DNA of 22,035 nucleotides from a virus: UHGV virus genome UHGV-0200595; one strand, 5' to 3'. Shown piece by piece: positions 1 to 6,792 of this stretch (position 1 is its first letter; each line of letters starts with the position of its first letter). The notes under the pieces were generated by a model. It saw only the letters and a program-made list of their open reading frames with translations, ran no database searches and was not told where the DNA came from. The position numbers and the translations under genes were made by a program.

Positions 1-38
1 CAAGAAAACGATAGCAGCCTCAATGCACCCACACTCAA

Positions 39-59
39 CCCGCTTTGGCGGGTTTTTTT
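39..59 (+). terminator. Rho-independent terminator (stem CCCGC / GCGGG, loop TTTG, then 7 T)
   Basis: Inverted repeat cccgc(39-43)/gcggg(48-52) followed directly by T-run 53-59; ends an upstream + strand transcript outside the window. Confidence 0.6.
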
Positions 60-93
60 ATACCCAATCACTTGATTTGAGCTGAAAAATTGA

Positions 94-113
94 TACTGTA
101 TATACATACAGTA
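94..113. promoter_or_regulatory. LexA (SOS) box TACTGTATATACATACAGTA inside a recA-like promoter context
   Basis: Near-perfect CTGT-N8-ACAG palindrome with AT-rich centre; TTGATA immediately upstream (90-95) as in the recA promoter; alternative TTGAGC-16-TATATA overlapping the box. Confidence 0.65.
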
Positions 114-318
114 TTCGGCGAGATATATAAGCGTGTAAAAACCTTTCGTTAACCAGAACAGATACTAAGTGATTAAAAAATACCCATAAATATGAACGTA
201 AATGCATCAAATTTACATACAGCGCGAATTAAATGATTACACTCGTTATATTTCCTCCCGCAACAAAAATTGCGTATAACCGTGTATTTTCATTTTCCCT
301 TAGTAGCAAGGAGGTATT

Positions 319-531
319 ATGAAAAATTTTCAGGGAACCATTAACCGCAAGTATGTGGTCATTCGTCGGGATGATATGTCGGTTGTGGCGGAAATGGATT
401 ATTTCCCGGATACCGAGAGAGCTATTTGGATACGTAGCGGAAGAACGCTGAATATTCGCCCGCTTAAGCCAGATGAGCGGGTTGTTTCTCCCACAGTTCT
501 CCGTGAAATGGTTTGCCAGTTTATTGGGTAA
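319..531 (+). CDS. Small hypothetical protein (70 aa), function unknown
   Basis: ORF with strong SD (AAGGAGG at 309-315) 3 nt upstream of ATG; lies downstream of the LexA-box promoter; no family recognised by me. Confidence 0.55.
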   Translation: MKNFQGTINRKYVVIRRDDMSVVAEMDYFPDTERAIWIRSGRTLNIRPLKPDERVVSPTVLREMVCQFIG

Positions 532-618
532 ACTTGAAGCCGTTTAAGGCTTCAATAATAATATCCCTGCATGCCTGAACAACATGCAACCTGATAACGA
601 TGCGTCACTGAGGAAACT

Positions 619-1218
619 ATGGCGCATCTACAACTAGTCAAACAAACCTCTTCAGGATTACTGCTCCCGGCAACGCCGGAAAGTGGCGATTTCCTGCAAC
701 AAATTAAAATTGGTGAGTGGATACACGCTGACTTCAAGCGTGTGCGTAATTACGCATTCCATAAGCGATTTTTCAAACTTCTACAGCTTGGTTTCGATTA
801 CTGGACGCCAACAGGTGGCGTTATCACTCCGCGTGAGAGGAAGCTGGTTTCTGGCTTTGTTGATTTCTTGTGTGAGTCAGTAGGCCGGGAACATACCCCG
901 GCACTGAGCGATGCAGCAGAGCAGTATCTGCACGAAATCGCCACCAGGAGAACCGGGGACGTTGCTCTGCTCAAATCTTTCGATGCTTTCCGTGAATGGG
1001 TAACCGTTCAGGCTGGTTTTTTCCTGGAGATTGTCTACCCGGACGGCAGCCGCGGGCGCAGGGCTAAATCCATCTCTTTTGCGAATATGGACGAAGGCGA
1101 GTTTCAGCAGGTTTATAAAGCCGTACTCAACGTACTGTGGAATTGGATCCTGTTCCGAAAATTTTCTTCTCCGGAAGAAGTTGAGAACGTCGCCGCGCAG
1201 CTTCTGGAGTTCGCATGA
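619..1218 (+). CDS. Lambdoid nin-region protein, DUF1367-like (199 aa)
   Basis: 199-aa ORF whose stop overlaps the next start (ATGA); position directly upstream of DUF1364 and Q genes matches lambdoid nin regions; family assignment from memory, unverified. Confidence 0.55.
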   Translation: MAHLQLVKQTSSGLLLPATPESGDFLQQIKIGEWIHADFKRVRNYAFHKRFFKLLQLGFDYWTPTGGVITPRERKLVSGFVDFLCESVGREHTPALSDAAEQYLHEIATRRTGDVALLKSFDAFREWVTVQAGFFLEIVYPDGSRGRRAKSISFANMDEGEFQQVYKAVLNVLWNWILFRKFSSPEEVENVAAQLLEFA

Positions 1219-1508
1219 TGGCTGATTTACGAAAAGCATCACGCGGCCTGATGTGTACAGTCAGGATCCCCGGTTACTGCAACCATAATCCCGAAACATC
1301 TGTGCTTGCGCACTACCGGATGGCCGGCACTTGCGGGACCGCAACAAAACCACACGATATGCAGGCGGCGATCGCCTGTTGTGCCTGCCATGACCTGATC
1401 GACGGTCGGGTAAAAACCGATGACTACAGCAAAGAAGAACTTCGCCTGATGCATGCAGAAGGCGTTTTCCGTACGCAAGAAATCTGGAGAGAGAAAGGGC
1501 TGATATGA
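1215..1508 (+). CDS. DUF1364 / YbcO-like putative nuclease (97 aa)
   Basis: N-terminus MADLRKASRG...RIPGYCNHNPETSVLAHYR with Cys/His cluster (CCACHD) typical of YbcO-like prophage proteins; translationally coupled to flanking genes. Confidence 0.7.
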   Translation: MMADLRKASRGLMCTVRIPGYCNHNPETSVLAHYRMAGTCGTATKPHDMQAAIACCACHDLIDGRVKTDDYSKEELRLMHAEGVFRTQEIWREKGLI

Positions 1509-2047
1509 TTTACCCAACCAATACAGGAAAACCAGGTGAACACCTTCGCCTTAGCACACTCGAGAGCGTATGGATTCAGGGCAAGTTGCGTATGTGGGGC
1601 CGTTGGTCGTACATCGGCAGCGGTAAACCTGGCAACATGTTTAACCAGTTGCTGACGTCTAAAAAACTGACCAAAACAGCGATAAATGAGGCGCTCCGCA
1701 GAATGAAGCGGGCAGGGCTGGATAAACCGGAACTTGAGGCATTTTTGCGGGATATGATTAACGGTAAACAAAAAAGCTGGCTTGCACACTGTTCGGATGC
1801 GGAGGCGTTAAAAATCGACGGGGTTATCGGTGAAGTCCTGGCGGATCATCCCAGATTGTTCAATATCCTGAGTCAGCGTTATGTGGGGCGGGGGATGAGT
1901 AAGCGCATGATGGCCGAGAGGTTAAATGAAGTACATCCAGAATGGTGCTTTAGCACATGCGAAAAGCGGATCGCTAATTGGTTAGCTGTCGCAGAATATA
2001 TGCTTTATATCCCCATGCATGAATCATTTGCTCAAAAAATGACTTGA
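1505..2047 (+). CDS. Late-gene antitermination protein Q-like (180 aa)
   Basis: WGRW motif near N-terminus reminiscent of Q-family proteins; gene sits immediately upstream of a TTGACT promoter element plus short-transcript terminator and the lysis cassette, as for lambdoid Q. Confidence 0.65.
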   Translation: MIYPTNTGKPGEHLRLSTLESVWIQGKLRMWGRWSYIGSGKPGNMFNQLLTSKKLTKTAINEALRRMKRAGLDKPELEAFLRDMINGKQKSWLAHCSDAEALKIDGVIGEVLADHPRLFNILSQRYVGRGMSKRMMAERLNEVHPEWCFSTCEKRIANWLAVAEYMLYIPMHESFAQKMT

Positions 2048-2072
2048 CTTTTTACGCACAAATTGCTCAAAT
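2044..2072 (+). promoter_or_regulatory. Candidate late promoter (PR'-like): -35 TTGACT overlapping Q stop, 17-bp spacer, weak -10 TCAAAT
   Basis: TTGACT at 2044-2049 (same -35 hexamer as lambda PR' as I recall); -10 is weak, so exact promoter/qut positions are uncertain. Confidence 0.4.
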
Positions 2073-2133
2073 TCTGGTACGCTTCGCATAGCTGTATCGC
2101 GAGGCGAATGACAGACATAAACGCAACACTTAA

Positions 2134-2155
2134 CCCGCCATCGTGCGGGTTTTTT
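2134..2155 (+). terminator. Rho-independent terminator (tR'-like) ending a short leader transcript
   Basis: cccgc(2134-2138)/gcggg(2145-2149) stem, 6-nt loop, T-run 2150-2155; roughly 80 nt downstream of the candidate late promoter. Confidence 0.65.
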
Positions 2156-2660
2156 GTGCCCTAAAAGTGAGGGGCAGTACGGTAAACGCGGTGGTGGTTG
2201 TGGATACCGGCTTTTCATCTTGCACTGGTTTAGCGTCAGTCAGTGGCAGTTGCCGAATGAAGCGGATTACCTGAAGCTGCAGGCGCTGTTTGCACAGGTG
2301 GCGGCAGAAAAGCATCTGCGTGATGAACTGGAAAAGCCACACCACCAGCTTGTAACAACATACGGTGAACTGAACCGAAAATATGCAGAGTTACAGGAAG
2401 AGTACAAATCTCTCTGGCGACATTTTTCTGTGTCCGTACTGGTTCCCTACACCGACGCCTGGACGCACAAGCCCGTGCAATTTTATCCCGGCAAACATCC
2501 CTGTGAAAAACCGGCTGACATGCTGAGGCAGATAATTGAAACCAGCAACCGTCCTGGGGATTTGGTCGCGGACTTTTTCATGGGATCGGGTTCTACTGTA
2601 AAAGCTGCGTTATCGTTGGGGCGTCGCGCGGTTGGTGTGGACGGTTTGAACAGACTGTAG
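2154..2660 (+). pseudogene. DNA N6-adenine/N4-cytosine methyltransferase remnant (C-terminal motif I region only)
   Basis: HPCEKPADMLRQII and DLVADFFMGSGST match the C-terminal SAM-binding region of beta-class N6_N4 MTases; no DPPY catalytic motif in the ORF; ORF begins right at the terminator and ends abruptly after GRRAVGVD. Confidence 0.5.
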
Positions 2661-2722
2661 GGGAGATTAGTGAAATTGTTGCGGGAGGAAGGAAGCCCCG
2701 CTAAACCGGGGCCGTAAAATCA

Positions 2723-3154
2723 TCATTGCTTCAGTTCATGGCGGGCAGCTTCAGCGATGAAGTGACTGCGGTCGCGATAAACGTTGCTGGCCTTTACTGC
2801 ATTATCGATCCGCTTAATCAGCGTATCAGGTAATGAGATGTTTATGCGCTGAGGCTTGCCTTCGAATTCTGACAAATCAACGTCGACCATAACCCAGCTG
2901 TCGAAGTCTTTATATTCTGGATTAACGGAATAAACCAGATAGCCAGCATCCTTGATATCTTCGACAGCAACATCGTTATTCTGAACCAGGTCTTCGACAA
3001 CCATCAGGATAGCTTCTTTCACCATTGGGGCAATCTGGTCCTGAGTATCAGCAGCGGAGAAACATCCGTAATCGTAAGCTGAAAACGCGGGAACGATCAT
3101 ACCGTAGGCGGTCTTTTCATCTTTCGGCGTCTCGACGCCCACTGAGAAGAACAT
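2723..3154 (-). CDS. hicB: Type II antitoxin HicB (HicB fold plus C-terminal ribbon-helix-helix), 143 aa
   Basis: N-terminal HicB-like region; C-terminal RINISLPDTLIKRIDNAVK...RSHFIAEAARHEL RHH DNA-binding motif; GGAGG SD 5 nt upstream; immediately downstream of hicA. Confidence 0.8.
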   Translation of the reverse strand: MFFSVGVETPKDEKTAYGMIVPAFSAYDYGCFSAADTQDQIAPMVKEAILMVVEDLVQNNDVAVEDIKDAGYLVYSVNPEYKDFDSWVMVDVDLSEFEGKPQRINISLPDTLIKRIDNAVKASNVYRDRSHFIAEAARHELKQ

Positions 3155-3178
3155 ATCAACCTCCAGAGAGGGCGGGGA

Positions 3179-3361
3179 TTAGAACCCCGCCAGTTTTTTA
3201 ATGGATTTGACAGTGCCGAGAGGTAAGTCCTTTTTTGGATGCGGAACCGGAAAAGTTTTTCCGGTTATCGGTGACCACCATATCTGGTGGCTTCCTCCGT
3301 TATGCCTTTTGAGTTCACATCCGGCAGCAGTCAATTCCTTTATCAGGTCAGTAGATTTCAT
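3179..3361 (-). CDS. hicA: Type II toxin HicA (mRNA interferase), 60 aa from internal ATG
   Basis: GGSHQIWWSPITGKTFPVPHPKKDLPLGTVKSIKKLAG matches HicA signature; AGGAGG SD then ATG at 3361 (minus strand); the track ORF start at 3397 lacks an SD. Confidence 0.8.
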   Translation of the reverse strand: MKSTDLIKELTAAGCELKRHNGGSHQIWWSPITGKTFPVPHPKKDLPLGTVKSIKKLAGF

Positions 3362-3387
3362 GTTTCCTCCTGGCCTGAAAACTATTA

Positions 3388-3434
3388 TACACACCAATAC
3401 ACACGAAGCAATATTTTGTGTGTATTCGTGTGTA
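3388..3434. promoter_or_regulatory. hicA promoter/operator: four copies of TACACAC (two direct, two inverted) including a perfect 10-bp inverted repeat TACACACGAA / TTCGTGTGTA
   Basis: TACACAC at 3388-3394 and 3398-3404; GTGTGTA at 3418-3424 and 3428-3434; minus-strand TATAAT (complement of 3384-3389) and TTGCTT -35 flank or overlap the repeats. Confidence 0.6.
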
Positions 3435-3456
3435 AATTTGATGGGGTGTTATTAAC

Positions 3457-3477
3457 GGGCCGCTGGTGGCCCTTTTT
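3457..3477 (+). terminator. Rho-independent terminator immediately upstream of the holin gene
   Basis: gggcc(3457-3461)/ggccc(3468-3472) stem, loop gctggt, T-run 3473-3477. Confidence 0.55.
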
Positions 3478-3496
3478 CATTTACAGGAGAAAAAGT

Positions 3497-3889
3497 ATGT
3501 CTGAACCCTTATCCGGTTCCGGCACGGCTGCTGCGCTCGGAGGGGCGACGGTGTTCGGGCTGTTTACCGGAACGGATTTCGGGATTGTGTTTGGCGCATT
3601 TGCCGGGGCGCTGTTTGTGGCCACGATGCCGCAGGCGCTTTCAGCCTGGCGGGTGGCGGCGCATTTTCTGGTGTCGTTCATAGTCGGTGTGCTGGGAGCG
3701 CGTGTGCTGTCAGTCTGGATTGCATCAAAAACAGGTTATGACGGCACATCGGCGGATGCATTGTGCGCGGTGCTGGTATCGGTGGTGTCGGTAAAGGTTC
3801 TGTCGTTCATTCACCAGCAGGATATTACATCACTGGTGTCCGGCCTGTTCTCCCGCCTGCGGGGCGGAGGAGGTGGCAATGGCAGGTAA
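3497..3889 (+). CDS. Holin-like membrane protein (about 130 aa, three predicted TM segments, Gly-rich tail)
   Basis: AGGAG SD then ATG at 3497; three hydrophobic stretches; first gene of a lysis cassette directly upstream of the endolysin. Confidence 0.65.
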   Translation: MSEPLSGSGTAAALGGATVFGLFTGTDFGIVFGAFAGALFVATMPQALSAWRVAAHFLVSFIVGVLGARVLSVWIASKTGYDGTSADALCAVLVSVVSVKVLSFIHQQDITSLVSGLFSRLRGGGGGNGR

Positions 3890-4157
3890 TATTCCAGGAT
3901 TGCTGAATGTGGCGCTATGTACGGTTATCGTGCTGGCGCTTTTTTTTTACCGCAGAAAAGACGCCACGCATAAACCTCTGGTGTCGTGGCTAGCCTGGCT
4001 GCTGATGTTGATATATGCGGTCGCGCCGCTCAGTTTTCTGTGCGGTCGTCCTCTTCCCGGTAACTGGGCGGTGGTGCTGGCTAATCTGTTGTTCTGTGTG
4101 CTGGTGGTATGGGCGCGCGGGAATGTGTCAAAAATCCTTTCATTACTGAGGCACTGA
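3879..4157 (+). CDS. Second holin/antiholin-like small membrane protein (about 92 aa, three hydrophobic segments)
   Basis: Overlaps the stop of the preceding gene; GGAGGAGG SD upstream of ATG 3879 (GTG 3873 also possible); strongly hydrophobic. Confidence 0.55.
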   Translation: MAGNIPGLLNVALCTVIVLALFFYRRKDATHKPLVSWLAWLLMLIYAVAPLSFLCGRPLPGNWAVVLANLLFCVLVVWARGNVSKILSLLRH

Positions 4158-4158
4158 G

Positions 4159-4704
4159 ATGAAATCGAAGGACGTTATTTTTGATGAAATCCTCGGAAAA
4201 GAGGGAGGCTACGTAGACCATCCCGATGACAAGGGCGGCCCGACAAAGTGGGGTATCACTGAAAAAGTGGCTCGGGCACATGGATACCTTGGCGATATGC
4301 ACGATTTAACTCGAGGACAGGCGCTGGAAATTCTCGAGGCTGATTACTGGTACGGACCCCGTTTCGACCAGGTTTCCGCGTTATCCCCCGATATTGCCGC
4401 CGAGCTGTGCGACACGGGTGTGAATATGGGGCCGTCCGTGGCGACGAAGATGCTTCAGCGCTGGCTGAACGTATTCAACCAGGGCGGAAAACTTTACCCG
4501 GATATGGATGCCGATGGGCGTATCGGCCCACGGACTCTTAATGCGTTACGGGTATATCTGCAAAAACGAGGCAAAGACGGTGAACTGGTGTTGCTCACAT
4601 CGCTGAACTGCACGCAGGGAGAGCGCTACCTTGCTCTGGCCGAGAAACGCGAGGCTAATGAGTCCTTTGTATACGGCTGGATGAAGGAGCGCGTCGCACT
4701 ATGA
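4159..4704 (+). CDS. Endolysin, glycoside hydrolase family 108-like N-terminal domain with C-terminal peptidoglycan-binding domain (181 aa)
   Basis: EGGYVDHPDDKGGPTKWGIT motif characteristic of GH108 lysozyme-like proteins; position after holins. Confidence 0.75.
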   Translation: MKSKDVIFDEILGKEGGYVDHPDDKGGPTKWGITEKVARAHGYLGDMHDLTRGQALEILEADYWYGPRFDQVSALSPDIAAELCDTGVNMGPSVATKMLQRWLNVFNQGGKLYPDMDADGRIGPRTLNALRVYLQKRGKDGELVLLTSLNCTQGERYLALAEKREANESFVYGWMKERVAL

Positions 4705-4883
4705 AGCGAAAGCACAGGACACATCGAATGCCGCGAACAAAAACGAAAAAGGCACTGGTAGCGATACTGGTGCCCTTTTTGTTAGTGGGCTGCGCCAGCC
4801 TGGAAAAAGCGCGTCAGCTTTTCGATACCGCTTCTCAGGTCTGCCGGCTTATTAATAGCGTGCGGCAATGTACGCAGAACTGA
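4701..4883 (+). CDS. Small lipoprotein (lipobox LLVGC), possible o-spanin-like lysis accessory protein
   Basis: Basic n-region, hydrophobic core ALVAILVPFLLVG, Cys lipobox; start overlaps endolysin stop (ATGA); internal ATG at 4728 is an alternative start; short mature part carries three Cys. Confidence 0.5.
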   Translation: MKRKHRTHRMPRTKTKKALVAILVPFLLVGCASLEKARQLFDTASQVCRLINSVRQCTQN

Positions 4884-5055
4884 TCACCCGCGAAGGCAGA
4901 ATATTTTACTGAAAAATGACGTTGGCCAGCGCGTCCGGAAAGCAAAAAATTCTGCGGAGTGCGGTGTTTTTGAATAATAAATGCTGATTTCGATTTTCAC
5001 GATTCAGATATCGATCACTGGTATTACAGCAGCCCTTCAATGAGGGGCTGCGATA

Positions 5056-5931
5056 ATGCCAAAGTTCGCCATCGGCACCCGCCGCGCACCCTGCGCACTG
5101 GTCGATGGTGGACTTTTCAAATTTCAACATCGAGGCTGTATGTGCGAAGAATTAACAATCGTCTATCGCCCGTTAAATGAACTGATACCGTGTGCAAGAA
5201 ATGCCAGAACCCACAGTGATGAGCAGGTGGCGCAATTGGTCGCCAGTATTAAGGAATTTGGCTGGACAAATCCGGTGCTGGTTGATGAAAACGGAGAGAT
5301 TATTGCCGGACATGGTCGTGTCATGGCCGCAGAATCGCTTGGCATGGATATCGTTCCGGTAATTGTCCTTACGAATCTGACAGACGATCAGAAACGGGCG
5401 TATCGTCTGGCAGATAACCGGCTGCCGATGAATGCAGGCTGGGATGTGGAACTGCTGAGGCTGGAAATTGCAGATTTGCTGGATGCTGATTTCGATATTT
5501 CTCTGACAGGGTTTAACCAGGCAGAGATTGACGAACTGCTGACTGAAATTACAACAGACACAGAAAGCGGCGATGAGCCGTACACAGCAAAAATTGATAC
5601 GCCTGTTTATGAGCCGTCAGGAGAAAAGCCTGATATCGGAGAATTGTACGACGACGAGAAGACTCAGGAACTGGCAGAGCGTATCCGCAAAGCCGGGCTT
5701 GACCCAGAGATCGAAAAATTCCTCCTGAGTGCAGCAGAGCGGCACACCATTTTCAATTTCAGCAAAATTGCTGATTACTATGCTCACGCTCCGGCAGAGA
5801 TACAGGCGCTGTTCGAAGAATCCGCACTGGTGATCATTGATTTTCAGCAAGCCATTGAACACGGTTTTGTCCGTATGACTCAGCGCATGGTGGAGATCAT
5901 GCATGGAGATGAGGAGGAGGAATATGCGTGA
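5056..5931 (+). CDS. ParB N-terminal (ParB/sulfiredoxin-like) domain protein with acidic C-terminal region (291 aa)
   Basis: LIPCARNARTHSDEQVAQLVASIKEFGWTNPVLVDENGEIIAGHGRVMAAESLGMDIVPVIVL resembles ParB-like nuclease N-domain; ATG 5140 is an alternative start. Confidence 0.65.
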   Translation: MPKFAIGTRRAPCALVDGGLFKFQHRGCMCEELTIVYRPLNELIPCARNARTHSDEQVAQLVASIKEFGWTNPVLVDENGEIIAGHGRVMAAESLGMDIVPVIVLTNLTDDQKRAYRLADNRLPMNAGWDVELLRLEIADLLDADFDISLTGFNQAEIDELLTEITTDTESGDEPYTAKIDTPVYEPSGEKPDIGELYDDEKTQELAERIRKAGLDPEIEKFLLSAAERHTIFNFSKIADYYAHAPAEIQALFEESALVIIDFQQAIEHGFVRMTQRMVEIMHGDEEEEYA

Positions 5932-6775
5932 TGATTTTTGCGCATTTATTCTGACCCACGGACGGCCGGATAATGTGCTGACATACCGCACTCTGCGCCG
6001 GGCGGGTTACACCGGAAAAATATATATCGTTGTTGATGACGAGGATAAGACCCGGCAGCAGTATATTCAGGCGTTTGGCGATCAGGTGCTGGTATTTTCT
6101 AAAACGGATATTGCCAGCCGCTTCGATGAAGCAGACAACTTTGGCGACCGTCGCTCAATCTTTTATGCCAGGAATGCCTGTCCGGACCTGGCAAAAAAGG
6201 TTGGGTGTAAATATTACATCCAGCTCGATGACGACTATCACGAGTTCCAGTTTCGGGTGGATCGCAACTATGACCAGGCCTATTTCCCGATAAGGAAACT
6301 GGATGAGATCCTTTCTGAAATGCTGGCGTATTACGAATCAATACCTGCGCTTTCCATCGCTATGGCGCAGGGTGGTGATTTTCTTGGTGACAATGGCGGC
6401 CACGCCGCATGGGTGAAACGGAAGGCGATGAACAGTTTTATCTGTTCCGTTGAGCGACCGTTTTCATTCGTGGGGCGCATTAACGAGGACGTGAACACAT
6501 ACACGAACCTCGGACGGTGCGGCGAACTGTTTATGACAGTGGGGGCTGTGCAGTTGGGCCAGAAGCAGACGCAGAAAAACAGCGGCGGCATGACTGAACT
6601 GTATCTGGATTCTGGTACCTACGTTAAAAGTTTTTACTCCGTCATGTATGCGCCGTCGTGCGTGAAAATCGCACTGATGGGCGCCAGCCATAAACGCATT
6701 CACCATCAGGTCACCTGGAACAACGCTGCAGTAAAAATCCTTCACGAAAAATATAGGAAGAAGACACCCTGCTAA
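5924..6775 (+). CDS. Soluble protein with GT-A-like (nucleotide-diphospho-sugar transferase-like) motif pattern, function unknown (283 aa)
   Basis: Start ATG overlaps ParB-like gene stop (ATGCGTGA) with GAGGAGGAGG SD; motifs FILTHGRPD, IYIVVDDED and YYIQLDDDY spaced like a GT-A fold; no hydrophobic TM segments; assignment is inference. Confidence 0.45.
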   Translation: MRDDFCAFILTHGRPDNVLTYRTLRRAGYTGKIYIVVDDEDKTRQQYIQAFGDQVLVFSKTDIASRFDEADNFGDRRSIFYARNACPDLAKKVGCKYYIQLDDDYHEFQFRVDRNYDQAYFPIRKLDEILSEMLAYYESIPALSIAMAQGGDFLGDNGGHAAWVKRKAMNSFICSVERPFSFVGRINEDVNTYTNLGRCGELFMTVGAVQLGQKQTQKNSGGMTELYLDSGTYVKSFYSVMYAPSCVKIALMGASHKRIHHQVTWNNAAVKILHEKYRKKTPC

Positions 6776-6792
6776 CAACAAGGGGGTGATAA

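Noticed and set aside
192-236. 14-codon mini-ORF (MNVNASNLHTARIK) in the SOS-promoter leader
   Set aside because: No SD, not hydrophobic, too short to support; may be part of an untranslated leader
552-737. 61-aa reverse-strand ORF overlapping the DUF1367-like gene start
   Set aside because: Cys-rich low-complexity translation, no SD, antisense to a supported gene
2695-2712. Inverted repeat gccccg/cggggc between the methyltransferase remnant and hicB as a bidirectional terminator
   Set aside because: No convincing T-run on either strand after the stem; at most a weak structure
3287-3496. Upstream extension of the holin ORF to ATG 3287 (200 aa)
   Set aside because: The extension would run through the hicA coding region, its promoter/operator and a terminator; a good SD precedes the ATG at 3497
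4906-5130. 74-aa reverse-strand ORF spanning the lipoprotein/ParB intergenic region
   Set aside because: Overlaps the ParB-like gene start and its RBS hairpin; no SD; likely spurious
5903-5923. Earlier ATG at 5903 for the GT-A-like gene
   Set aside because: ATG 5924 has a properly spaced GAGGAGGAGG SD and overlaps the upstream stop (coupling); 5903 has no SD
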